Position numbers and translations under genes: made by a program | NCBI GenBank assembly: GCA_015228875.1 | Contig: JADGCS010000007.1 | Coordinates: 1,494-65,493, forward strand | DNA: 64,000 nucleotides | Source of the DNA: Deltaproteobacteria bacterium | GTDB lineage: Bacteria > UBA10199 > JADGCS01 | Direction of reading: 5' to 3' | The notes under the pieces: generated by a model | Database searches by the model: none | What the model was told of the DNA's origin: nothing | What the model saw: only the letters and a program-made list of their open reading frames with translations | Shown: positions 38,609-47,712 of the stretch, in pieces | Position numbering within the stretch: the stretch's first letter is position 1 | How the letters are laid out: each line of letters begins with the position of its first letter

Positions 38609-39318
38609 TTTTGCAGGTTGGCAATCCTCATGAGGGCCTTAGGATCAAGGATTTTGATGTGTTTGCCGCGGGTTTCGATAACCTGCTCCGCCTTAAAGTC
38701 CGACAAAAGCCTGATCAGGGTCTCTGTTGCCGTGCCCACAAAACTGGCGAGTTCTTCTCGTGAAAGTTTGGCATTAAGCACACCGCTGTCTGCCTTGTCT
38801 GTCCCAAACTTGTTTCTCAACAAAAGCAAAACCTCGGCAAGGCGCTCTCTGACGGACTTTTGCGCCATGTCTCTCAACAGTTCTTCGGCAGTGCGCAACT
38901 GCGTTGTCAACAGCTTGATGATATTTAACGATAACCGGCTGTCTTCTTTGAGGACGCCGTAAAAATCGTCTTTGTCGATAAAACAAATAAGGGAATCATC
39001 AAGAGACGCCGCCGTTGCCGTGTAGCTGTCCTCTCCCAAAAAAGAACGGTAACCGATAATGTCGCCGGGTGTCGCCAGACGCACGATCTGTTCCCGCCTG
39101 TCGATCCCCGTCTTGAAGATTTTAACCTTCCCACTCCTGAGACAGTACAAACCCAAAGGCCTGTTGCCTTCGTGAAAAACAATCTGTCCCTTTTTGTAGG
39201 TGTTACAGGTTTTTTGAGAGCTGATTTTGGCCAACGCAGAATCATCCAGATTACAAAAAAGTGATTCCTTTAAGGCCGGGCATTTACTACAATCATAACC
39301 AGAGCTAACATTTGTCAT
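38605..39318 (-). CDS. Crp/Fnr-family transcriptional regulator (cNMP-binding domain + C-terminal HTH), with an N-terminal Cys cluster
   Basis: 237 aa. cNMP-binding beta-roll and HTH (LSREELASFVGTATETLIRLLSDF). N-terminal C-x2-C-x8-C is reminiscent of Fnr-type sensors. Confidence 0.85.
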   Translation of the reverse strand: MTNVSSGYDCSKCPALKESLFCNLDDSALAKISSQKTCNTYKKGQIVFHEGNRPLGLYCLRSGKVKIFKTGIDRREQIVRLATPGDIIGYRSFLGEDSYTATAASLDDSLICFIDKDDFYGVLKEDSRLSLNIIKLLTTQLRTAEELLRDMAQKSVRERLAEVLLLLRNKFGTDKADSGVLNAKLSREELASFVGTATETLIRLLSDFKAEQVIETRGKHIKILDPKALMRIANLQN

Positions 39319-39500
39319 GTTTTAGCGTCTACCAACATTAAATACGCCGCGTCAAAAAAAATTTTGCAAAATAAATTCAGTAAAGGTCCGGGAAGATCGC
39401 CATATCCTTTGACCTGTCAGCCAAAACTGCGATAAAAAGGGCCGCTGGGAGGGGTGAGTGTTATGTACACTCAACCGCGATTGGTTTATTTCTGTGAGGC

Positions 39501-40094
39501 TTGATGAAAAAAACATTTTTTTATCCGTTAACAATCGGCATTCTTTTGTTTGTTCCCTTAACAGTGTTGGCACACACGGGCGTTGGCAGTACGACGGGGC
39601 TTATTGCCGGCCTGTGTCACCCGTTTATGGGCCTTGACCACATGCTGGCCATGATCGCTGTTGGTCTGTGGGCCGCCCAGCGCGGGGGACGTGCAGTCAT
39701 TGGATTACCGCTGACCTTTGTCTCTCTTATGATTATGGGGGGGATTCTTTCGTTCTGCGGTATTTCTGTTCCCTTTGTCGAAGAGGGCATCCTCGTCTCC
39801 GTGCTTGGGTTGGGGCTTCTCATCGTAACAGCCTTTAAGGTGACAACCGTCTTCAGTGTTGTTGTGGTGGCTGTTTGTGCCGTGTTCCATGGCCATGCGC
39901 ATGGGTCCGAAATCCCTGCAGCAGCCGGCGCTGTAACCTACAGCGCAGGTTTTGCGCTTGCCACAGCCCTGCTGCATATCACCGGAATTTTCTGCGGCAC
40001 AGCCCTTGATAAAAGCACCTTTAAAATGGCCTTGCGTCTTGGCGGCGGCATGATCGCCTTGGGTGGTTTGTTTCTGGCGCTGATATCATTGTAA
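39501..40094 (+). CDS. HupE/UreJ-family Ni/Co transporter
   Basis: 197 aa. Signal peptide and the HupE/UreJ signature (HPFMGLDHMLAMIAVGLWAAQ; HGHAHG). Confidence 0.85.
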   Translation: MMKKTFFYPLTIGILLFVPLTVLAHTGVGSTTGLIAGLCHPFMGLDHMLAMIAVGLWAAQRGGRAVIGLPLTFVSLMIMGGILSFCGISVPFVEEGILVSVLGLGLLIVTAFKVTTVFSVVVVAVCAVFHGHAHGSEIPAAAGAVTYSAGFALATALLHITGIFCGTALDKSTFKMALRLGGGMIALGGLFLALISL

Positions 40095-40137
40095 CAGCCC
40101 CCATGAGATAAAAAATATCCTCACCGGCACTTTTCTG

Positions 40138-42408
40138 TTGTTTTACTCCCACGAACCTGCCATCTTTTTTTTCATGGCACTGGCAATCCCCGCGTATCTG
40201 ACACCCTCTGCGCCCTTAACATCAGGGAATCTCAGTGCTGTCTGGCAAGGGCCCCCCCCCGATACAAGCCGTTCATTCTTTTCGCCAGAAATGCAGTCTT
40301 ACTTTGAGGGGCTCACCACCAGAGGGCTTGTGCGCAGGCCCCCCGCCCTGTTTAATGCAACACAACAGCGGGTGTTCTGTCCGCCCGGCCTCAGAGAATC
40401 AGCACAAATCACAGAAACACGCAGGCCCCCCGCCACACACGAGGACCCCATTGTTCATGCCGATCCTTTCCGTTGGCTCGAAACAGACTCGCCAGAGCGC
40501 GACCGCTGGCTCTCTGCTCAAAACGCTTATTCAAAGCGTTTTTTTAGAGGACTCAAGTGTCACACACGGTGGGAGTCCATCTTTAGAAATCTTTTTAACG
40601 AACCCAATGTCATAAAGTCCGTTGATCTTGGCGATCTCAGCATAGAACTGATCGACAGGGGTCTTAACAAACCAACCGAGCTTGTTGTCAAAAAGGGTGG
40701 CAAGGAAATCAAAACCCTCTTTTCAACCCACAGCCTTGCGCGCAACGGCACTGCCGCAGCCACAAGTTTCGAGATCGATCCCAACCAAAAATACGTGATC
40801 CTGCCCGTGTCCCGCAGGGGTTCCATCGATAACTACGATCTTTACGTTATCAACATCCGTACAGGCAAAACGCTTGAAATAGTCAAAAACGCTAGGGGCA
40901 ACGGCTGGCTCTCCTGGCTGTCGGCGGATACCTTTAAGTACAACAGACTTGTCGGTAGGGACGAGATTACACTTATTCATAAACTGGGGAGCAGCAGGGA
41001 TGGGATAGGGCAGGACAGGTTTTTAGAAACCAACGCCCGATTCTTTAACTCAAAAGATCGGGATGTCGTCTTTCGCAGCACACCGGACAACACATGGGTC
41101 AAAGCAATGAGCGGCAGCAAATGGAAACGCCTTAATGTGGTTGTTCAAAGGGACTTTGGCCAGATTGGCGATGAAAGACTTGTAGAAATCAAACACAATG
41201 GCAAAACAAAACTTGCCAAATTGACACTCAACAATACCACAGAGGGACAAGCCAGGGCTGCTACCGTGCAAGTTGTTCACGAAGCACAAGAAGACGCTGT
41301 GATAAAAAACATCACAAGAAACGAAGATCACATCGTGATACATTACGCTTATGGCAAAAAGCAGTGGCTGGAAGTCCTTAAATCCGATGGCACAAAAGAG
41401 AACGCATTCGACCTGCCTGATTGTTTTTCAATCACCCACATGGATTTTGTGGACAAGACCACATTAACGCTGACACTCACCTCTAATGTCATCAGAAAAA
41501 AAGACTTCAAGTTCGATATTGCAACGGGCCTTTTTGTTGACGCTGATCCTCAAACGGAGATGACAACCGATGAAAAGGGGCAGGTGTTTGTCACAGAGTA
41601 TGTTGAGGTGGTCAGCAAGGACGGTACAAAGGTGCCGGTGAGACTCACTTATAAAAAGGGGCTTGTTAAAAATGGGCAAAACCCCGTGCTGATCGAGGGG
41701 TATGGCGGCTTTAATGTCCCCGGGCATTTTTATCCCGCGTTCAGCACACAATTAAAACACTTTATCGATCATGGTGGCGTCTACGTAGCCCCTGCCTTAA
41801 GGGGAGGAAACGAACTTGGAGAGAGCTGGCACAAACAGGGCATGAAAGAAAAAAAACAAAACGTCTTTAACGATCTCTTTGCCACCGCAGAGTTTCTTAT
41901 TAAAGACCAGCTCACGCAGCCAAAAAAGATCGCCGCAATGGGTTGGTCAAACGGCGGGCTGCTCATGGCGGTTGCCGCCACCCAGCGTCCCGATCTTTTT
42001 GGTCTTATCATTGCCGGTAATGGTGTTCACGACATGCTCAGGCGCGACAATCTTGATCCCGAGTTTAACGACGGCTGGGCTTATGAGTACGGCCATACCC
42101 AAGACCCCAGGCAGTGGCCTTATTTCGAGGCCTATTCACCCGTCCATAACGCACGCCCCAGTCCCCACATGCCAACGGTGCTTGTCCTTGTTGGCAGAAA
42201 CGACTCGCGGGTTGACCCCGCCCACTCCTATAAGTTTGCCGCAGCCCTGCAGAAGGTGAGTCACCCGGATCAAAAAATTCTCTTAAGCAGCATGCCCAAT
42301 GCCGGCCACTGGATGACGTACGAAGATCTGCAGGATCTCATTGGCTGGTGCAGCAATGCGCGTATCTGGTCCACCATTTTTGAAACGCTGGGGATGGAGG
42401 TGGCTTGA
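40138..42408 (+). CDS. Prolyl oligopeptidase (S9A serine peptidase) with an unusual Pro-rich N-terminal extension
   Basis: Beta-propeller plus alpha/beta hydrolase with GWSNGG nucleophile. The PEP N-terminal motif (VHADPFRWLETDSPERDRWLSAQNAYSKRFF) begins ~100 aa into the ORF. The true start is uncertain. Confidence 0.85.
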   Translation: MFYSHEPAIFFFMALAIPAYLTPSAPLTSGNLSAVWQGPPPDTSRSFFSPEMQSYFEGLTTRGLVRRPPALFNATQQRVFCPPGLRESAQITETRRPPATHEDPIVHADPFRWLETDSPERDRWLSAQNAYSKRFFRGLKCHTRWESIFRNLFNEPNVIKSVDLGDLSIELIDRGLNKPTELVVKKGGKEIKTLFSTHSLARNGTAAATSFEIDPNQKYVILPVSRRGSIDNYDLYVINIRTGKTLEIVKNARGNGWLSWLSADTFKYNRLVGRDEITLIHKLGSSRDGIGQDRFLETNARFFNSKDRDVVFRSTPDNTWVKAMSGSKWKRLNVVVQRDFGQIGDERLVEIKHNGKTKLAKLTLNNTTEGQARAATVQVVHEAQEDAVIKNITRNEDHIVIHYAYGKKQWLEVLKSDGTKENAFDLPDCFSITHMDFVDKTTLTLTLTSNVIRKKDFKFDIATGLFVDADPQTEMTTDEKGQVFVTEYVEVVSKDGTKVPVRLTYKKGLVKNGQNPVLIEGYGGFNVPGHFYPAFSTQLKHFIDHGGVYVAPALRGGNELGESWHKQGMKEKKQNVFNDLFATAEFLIKDQLTQPKKIAAMGWSNGGLLMAVAATQRPDLFGLIIAGNGVHDMLRRDNLDPEFNDGWAYEYGHTQDPRQWPYFEAYSPVHNARPSPHMPTVLVLVGRNDSRVDPAHSYKFAAALQKVSHPDQKILLSSMPNAGHWMTYEDLQDLIGWCSNARIWSTIFETLGMEVA

Positions 42409-42491
42409 CAAGTGACTCACTTGACCTTGACGCGATTGAGTGCTTCTATCATGCAAAGAATGAGCCCGCGCTCAATCAGCTTTGAAATTCT
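42409..42491 (+). mobile_element. MITE copy 7 (short), starting immediately after the prolyl oligopeptidase stop
   Basis: CAAGTGACTCACTTGACCTTGACGCGATTGAGTGC…GAGCCCGCGCTCAATCAGCTTTGAAATTC. Confidence 0.75.
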
Positions 42492-42502
42492 TGGACTTCG
42501 AG

Positions 42503-42949
42503 TTACAGCGGTGCAGCTGATTTTTGTTCCCTGTAGACATGAACCGAGGCCTCACCGGACGATATGATACCCAATTCCTTTGCCGCCGCAAAGGACACAT
42601 CTATCCCGCGCTCTTTGACAAAGGGACCGCGGTCATTAACCCTGACAATCACGGTCTTTTGGTTGGCTGTGTTCTTGATAAGCAACCTCTCCCCAAATGG
42701 AAAAGTTCTGTGTGCAGCGGTCATCATGTGCATGTCGAAAGTTTCTCCGCTTGCCGTTTTTTTTCCGTGAAATTCCCTGCCGTACCAGCTTGCCTTTGAT
42801 GCAAAAGCAAATTTGAATTTGTAAACCTTGACTGTCTGTTTGACAATCTCTGGCTTGATCGGCGCCGTTGCGCAGCCATTAATAAATAAGCCAAACAACG
42901 CCGTCATGACCGCAAGACAGATGATTTTTTTGTTTGAGATTGTCGTCAT
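42503..42949 (-). CDS. rlpA: RlpA-like lipoprotein (double-psi beta-barrel)
   Basis: 148 aa. Lipobox (LFINGC) and a DPBB motif (ASWYGREFHGKKTASGETFDM…VIVRVNDRGPFVKERGIDVSFAAAKELG). Confidence 0.8.
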   Translation of the reverse strand: MTTISNKKIICLAVMTALFGLFINGCATAPIKPEIVKQTVKVYKFKFAFASKASWYGREFHGKKTASGETFDMHMMTAAHRTFPFGERLLIKNTANQKTVIVRVNDRGPFVKERGIDVSFAAAKELGIISSGEASVHVYREQKSAAPL

Positions 42950-42950
42950 T

Positions 42951-43694
42951 TTAAAACCACTTATCTGCCACTTTGTTCTGCGCCTTGATCTCCGTCTTAA
43001 GCGCCCGGTCCGCGTGATTAAACACCTCTAGATAAACACTGTTATAGATACCCTTGTCTTTTTCGTTTAAGATATCTGGTGCTGATATCTCAAAACCAAG
43101 ACGATCGTGCAGCTTGTAAAGGTCCTTATAAAGATCGACATTGGTGATGGGCTTTCCCGGTCTTGTCCCCGCAAAGTCTGTCTGTTCAAGCCTGGGTCTC
43201 TTGGCAAAGGCGTCCGCGATGGTCTTTACATGGTTATAAAGTGTCAACCGCGATGATTTAATTTCTGTGGGTAGTGTCTCAAGGGCCCAGATTGTGGCAA
43301 GAAACTCAAGACGTATGGGTGTGGTGTCTTTAACCTCATGTGTGTCTACCTTTAATGTGTCCTGTTTAAAACCTTGGAAGGTTTTTTCTACGCGTTTCGG
43401 CATCAATTTTTGCATGGTGTCCGCCCGCGTAGTGTCTGGCGCATAGCGCCAAACATGAAACTCTTCATGTTTGATCGCAATGCACTCCGCTTTATGCGGG
43501 TTAAGGTTCAGGCTGCCGATTCTGGTATCAGGGATGATGAGCCTGCCAGCCGATCCCAGTTTTAGTCTCGCGTCAAAGTTTACGGCCACAAAGATAATCT
43601 GATGATCCCTGCCTGTGCTTTGAGGGTTGTTCTTCATAAAGTGCGGGATTAACTGATTCCCGCCACACTTTCCAACCACTTTTTTTATTATCAC
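42951..43694 (-). CDS. Hypothetical protein
   Basis: 247-aa ORF immediately upstream of rlpA (1-nt gap). No recognisable motifs. Start uncertain. Confidence 0.4.
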   Translation of the reverse strand: MIIKKVVGKCGGNQLIPHFMKNNPQSTGRDHQIIFVAVNFDARLKLGSAGRLIIPDTRIGSLNLNPHKAECIAIKHEEFHVWRYAPDTTRADTMQKLMPKRVEKTFQGFKQDTLKVDTHEVKDTTPIRLEFLATIWALETLPTEIKSSRLTLYNHVKTIADAFAKRPRLEQTDFAGTRPGKPITNVDLYKDLYKLHDRLGFEISAPDILNEKDKGIYNSVYLEVFNHADRALKTEIKAQNKVADKWF

Positions 43695-43868
43695 TTGCCC
43701 AATCTCTGTGAATGAGGTGCCCTGCCTTGCCCCTTAAAAGGCCAGGGATGGGGAATATTCTGCCTGCCAGAGTCTTCTCATTTTGATAATTTTCTTGATT
43801 TGATAAAAAAACCAGTGGGTGCTAATTTATAACCTATTAAAATCACTAAGAGCTTTAGGACATCCGTC

Positions 43869-43884
43869 TGGCACGGTCTTTGCT
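43869..43884 (+). promoter_or_regulatory. Consensus sigma-54 promoter upstream of the Cys-rich protein / J-domain paralog operon
   Basis: TGGCAC-GGTCT-TTGCT on the plus strand, ~115 nt upstream of the ATG at 43998. Confidence 0.6.
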
Positions 43885-43997
43885 TCGTTTAGGGGCTGAG
43901 GTCCTCCCTCTGGGGGGATGTTTGCATAGTCTTAAGGTCTTTAGGTTGTGGGGTTGTCGGCATTTGATTTGTGGCTTATTAAGGCAGGGGGTGTTTT

Positions 43998-44588
43998 ATG
44001 AAGTCATGTTTACAAGTTACTCACTTGACTTTGACGCGATTGAATTCCTTCATTTTGCGAGGAGTGCGCCCGCGCTCTGTCGACTTTAAAATTCCTATCC
44101 ATAAACATGCCGCCATCGTTTTTTTGTATTTTATCGTTTTGTTCCTCCCTTTTTTAAGCCTTGCAAAAGAAAAGAGGGATGGGCCAGACTGCAAGGGTAA
44201 GTGCTCTGTCATCAATAAACAATGCGATGCGCATTGTGCGTTAAGTCCCAACGCGGGCGATTGTCAAAAGGGGTGCAATGCCTCCTTTAAGGATGCCAAG
44301 GGTTACTGCCTGAGTAGTTGTGCCACACAGCCCACGTTTTTAGAGCCTTGTCCCGGCTCGGGGGACGACCCCTCCGTCGAAAAAACCGAGGACGACTGTC
44401 TGTATTCCTGTGAGGATCACTACAGCAACTGTGTGCTGTCCTGCAGGGGCCATTTTGAAGGCGGTTCTCCCGGGATCAAAAACTGCTACAACAGCTGTAA
44501 CGATACCTTTGCCGAGGAAGAGGGGTTCTGCAAGTTTCAGTGCAGAACCGATTTTGATTTTATGGCGGTGTGTGCGGCAGAGGAATAG
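43998..44588 (+). CDS. Small Cys-rich, probably secreted, protein whose 5' end is formed by a MITE copy
   Basis: 196 aa. A hydrophobic segment (AAIVFLYFIVLFLPFLSLA) is followed by ~26 Cys in CxxxC/CxxC arrays. Codons 5-33 are translated from the MITE copy at 44013-44095. A GGGGGTG RBS precedes the ATG. Confidence 0.5.
   Translation: MKSCLQVTHLTLTRLNSFILRGVRPRSVDFKIPIHKHAAIVFLYFIVLFLPFLSLAKEKRDGPDCKGKCSVINKQCDAHCALSPNAGDCQKGCNASFKDAKGYCLSSCATQPTFLEPCPGSGDDPSVEKTEDDCLYSCEDHYSNCVLSCRGHFEGGSPGIKNCYNSCNDTFAEEEGFCKFQCRTDFDFMAVCAAEE
44013..44095 (+). mobile_element. MITE copy 8 (short) inside the 5' coding region of the Cys-rich protein gene
   Basis: CAAGTTACTCACTTGACTTTGACGCGATTGAATTCC…GTGCGCCCGCGCTCTGTCGACTTTAAAATTCC, translated as QVTHLTLTRLNSFILRGVRPRSVDFKIP. 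Confidence 0.8.
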
Positions 44589-44851
44589 CAAATATTTACA
44601 TCACGTCTTACCCATTTTTTTTGCCCCATTGAGTGGACACTTTGCGGTGTAAACCTTGCGTCCGCTTCCATGTTTTTTTTCACATATTTCAAAACATTGG
44701 GAATTCAGAAAAAAAAAAATCAAGCAACTTGCAAAAGCCCCTCAACGATAGAGCGACACGGCGACATTCGGGTTGGATATTCTTTTGAGCCATCCCACTT
44801 TTGTTTGCCAATAAATTTACAATCAAGGGTGTGTTGAAAAATGCCCCAAAC

Positions 44852-44932
44852 GTCATTGCGAGCGAAGCGCGGCAATCCAGAAGTGCTCGAAATTACTGGA
44901 TTGCCGCGCTCACTACATGCGCTCGCAATGAC
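44852..44932. repeat. Composite 13+14-bp perfect inverted repeat (long interrupted hairpin) 47 bp upstream of the paralog A start
   Basis: GTCATTGCGAGCG-aa-GCGCGGCAATCCAG-(15-nt loop)-CTGGATTGCCGCGC-tcactacat-GCGCTCGCAATGAC. Confidence 0.7.
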
Positions 44933-44978
44933 GAAATTACCATTTTTCAACAGTCCAATCAATCGCATTGAGTAGAAT

Positions 44979-47684
44979 ATGTCGTTTCATGCCGTCAACC
45001 GCCTGCACCAGGCCCTTTCTGCATCACCCTTTGCCGCTACTGTTGCGCTTAACACGGCAGCCAGCGTTCATGCTTTGTATCACGCCCACACATTGCGGCA
45101 GCTCGCGACAGTGCTCGCAGATCAGGACAAGGCCCTCGGCACACAGATGGGTACGATTGTCAACCATACCAGATTTAAAACAAGCTCGGATGAATTTAAA
45201 ACAGCATGGGACGATTATGTGGGCCTGATTGAGCAAGGCCCTGCCCCCGAAACACCCACAACCGCACAAGTTACTAACTTGACTTTGACGCGATTGAGTT
45301 TCCTCGCCATGCGAGACATACCCCCGCGCTCTGTCGACTTTGAAATTCCCAGACATCAAGAAGATCACACCATGCTGCGTGGCAACACCCTTCTCGAAGC
45401 CATCCAGCAAAAACTTGCGTTTCCAGACACCCGATACAAATGGATGACTCAGGTTCTTGCAGGCACAACCCCTGGGAGAGCAGTAAGCGACCAGGGGCTG
45501 GCCCTCATGATGGAGGCTCAAAAGATTCAGGTCTTTCTTGGTCGTGTCCCCAAAGACGATCCTCACTTTCGTGTGCGTTTAAGCCGCGATGGGTCTCTGG
45601 TGGTTGTCACACTGGAGTGCCCCGATACTTTAAAGGTCCTCTCCGAACCCATCGTGCAACACCTGTTAAGGGCGGGATTACTGACCTACCTCTGTCGGCC
45701 ACAACCCGTCACACGCCCCCATGCCACAACAGTAAGCAGGTATGACATAGAAAAAATCCACATCATAGACAAAGAAATCGAGAGCTACACAAAATTAATC
45801 AGGGTGCTTAAAAGCGAGGGCTATGTAAAACTCTCCGAAGCAATTTTGAAAACCATACAGACCGAAAAAGGGATTACCCCGCAGACACTCATTGATGCGG
45901 CCTATGAGATCTCAAAGATCAACGAGTTGCTGGGACTTCATCTCTTGTTCACCGCGATGAAGGCCTCTCTCGAAGCAACCGAAGGATCACCACATGTTGC
46001 AGTAAAAGCCTTTATTGAGACATTACAGACATCAAACTCATCATCCTATGCAGGCAAGCTCGCCCCGGTACCTATACAAGTCCTTCACCAAACCATCATG
46101 CGGACATCCATTAGTAACCCCGACAGAAGACAATGGTTTTTGAAAGGTCTTGCGTCCCTTGGTATAATAAACCGGGAAAAAATATTGGACCAACCTCCCG
46201 TCAGCATGTCCAAAAGACGGGCCGTGAATATCAGGATATCAAGGGTCCCGGGGACATTCTTTAAGCTACATCCCAGAGGGATGCGCGGGGCATCTCTGTT
46301 AACTATTGACATTGGCATCCCTCATTCTGTCGATTACTTAAGCGAGGAGCAGCTTAAGATCCTCGTCTGCGTTACGCTTGCGACCATGGCGTTTAATAAA
46401 GACGATCCAGACGCACTGCTGGCCAATGAGCTGGATGAAAAAAGTCTTGCATTGCCAGCAACAATCCTTAAACCTGCCGCCAATATTGAGCTGTCTGACG
46501 AGCACCTTATCCAAACCGGTTTGCATCACCTTGCACAAGAACAAAGGGCAGACGTGCTGTCGACCATCAGAATGTTTCAGGAGAGTTCCTGTTTAACGGC
46601 CCCATTCTCCGGCATCCCCAACGCAGGTCATATTTTTAGGCCGCTCACAAGGTACTATGTGGTTGCTTTACGGGTCTACATCACTGTTGATGAGAGGATT
46701 TTAGAACCTCTCGTGTATGCCACGTCTCGTGATCACAGGATCACACTGCGCATCCAGTGTGCCAGCAAGGATCTTGCAAAGATTGATTCGAGGGCACTGA
46801 TATCTGCTGTCTTGAAATCTCTGGACGGCACAAGTGGCCACATGCCCTTCAGACTGCTTGAGCCCCTCATCAATCCTGACGCGGTCAATGCCTTGGTGGC
46901 GCTTGAGATCTTGCAGGCCTATCTCGCAAGCCCCGTCACGCTCCCCGAACGTATTAAAATTAATGGTAGTGAAGTAACCAAAGACGTCAGAAAAAATCTT
47001 GGCCTTGCCATGATGGCGTTACACGATTTTAGCAGATACACCGATAGTCCGCTTCTCAAGGACTTGAGCGCCGGCATGCTTGTGGTCCAGCTCTATCATG
47101 TTCAGACATGGGTCACGAAGGACGAGACAACCACCATCACCGCCCTGCCAACAGACCGCGGTATTTTTATACAGATTATGGGCAGCGAGCAGAGTATAAG
47201 TCCAAGACAGTGGCTTTATCTGCTCACAGCGATGGCCGATAACCCCGGAAAGGCTGTGAGTATACGCATCGAAGGCACAGATATCCATCTGGTTTTTGGA
47301 GAACATCATGCAGGCCATGATCTTTATGCCAACATCATCAGTGACGTGAGGTTATTACGATTTGAAGTCTTTGATCCCAACGCCAAAAGGCCGCGGGTCT
47401 CTCCAAAATTTCCTGGTAACAAGCCCGCCCACGCGAATCCAAATTTTATGAAACATTCAGAGGCCGAACGACGGGCCTTTATCAGGGCCTTGATCTGGTT
47501 TGCCTATGCCCCGATACCCGATGAGTTTAAACCAACGGCAACCGACACAATGGGTGAAATTAAAAAGAAAAGAAGGGCCATGAGTTTTGCCTATCATCCA
47601 GACAACGCGCCATCAAAAGACAACATCGAATTATTTACAACAGCCAACTCATTCTGGGACACTGTAGAAGACATGAATGAATAA
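44979..47684 (+). CDS. Large hypothetical protein, paralog A, with a C-terminal J-domain-like region (HPD motif) and an in-frame MITE insertion
   Basis: 901 aa, colinear with paralog B, with ~60 % identity in the C-terminal third. The C-terminus reads EIKKKRRAMSFAYHPDNAP…ELFTTANSFWDTVED, matching J-domain helix II-HPD-helix III. Residues ~97-125 are encoded by the MITE at 45267-45349. Confidence 0.7.
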   Translation: MSFHAVNRLHQALSASPFAATVALNTAASVHALYHAHTLRQLATVLADQDKALGTQMGTIVNHTRFKTSSDEFKTAWDDYVGLIEQGPAPETPTTAQVTNLTLTRLSFLAMRDIPPRSVDFEIPRHQEDHTMLRGNTLLEAIQQKLAFPDTRYKWMTQVLAGTTPGRAVSDQGLALMMEAQKIQVFLGRVPKDDPHFRVRLSRDGSLVVVTLECPDTLKVLSEPIVQHLLRAGLLTYLCRPQPVTRPHATTVSRYDIEKIHIIDKEIESYTKLIRVLKSEGYVKLSEAILKTIQTEKGITPQTLIDAAYEISKINELLGLHLLFTAMKASLEATEGSPHVAVKAFIETLQTSNSSSYAGKLAPVPIQVLHQTIMRTSISNPDRRQWFLKGLASLGIINREKILDQPPVSMSKRRAVNIRISRVPGTFFKLHPRGMRGASLLTIDIGIPHSVDYLSEEQLKILVCVTLATMAFNKDDPDALLANELDEKSLALPATILKPAANIELSDEHLIQTGLHHLAQEQRADVLSTIRMFQESSCLTAPFSGIPNAGHIFRPLTRYYVVALRVYITVDERILEPLVYATSRDHRITLRIQCASKDLAKIDSRALISAVLKSLDGTSGHMPFRLLEPLINPDAVNALVALEILQAYLASPVTLPERIKINGSEVTKDVRKNLGLAMMALHDFSRYTDSPLLKDLSAGMLVVQLYHVQTWVTKDETTTITALPTDRGIFIQIMGSEQSISPRQWLYLLTAMADNPGKAVSIRIEGTDIHLVFGEHHAGHDLYANIISDVRLLRFEVFDPNAKRPRVSPKFPGNKPAHANPNFMKHSEAERRAFIRALIWFAYAPIPDEFKPTATDTMGEIKKKRRAMSFAYHPDNAPSKDNIELFTTANSFWDTVEDMNE
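45267..45349 (+). mobile_element. MITE copy 9 (short) inserted in-frame within paralog A
   Basis: CAAGTTACTAACTTGACTTTGACGCGATTGAGTTTCC…CCCCCGCGCTCTGTCGACTTTGAAATTCC, read as QVTNLTLTRLSFLAMRDIPPRSVDFEIP. Paralog B lacks these ~29 residues at the aligned position. Confidence 0.85.
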
Positions 47685-47712
47685 AAAATACTTGGAATAA
47701 AAATAAAAAGTA

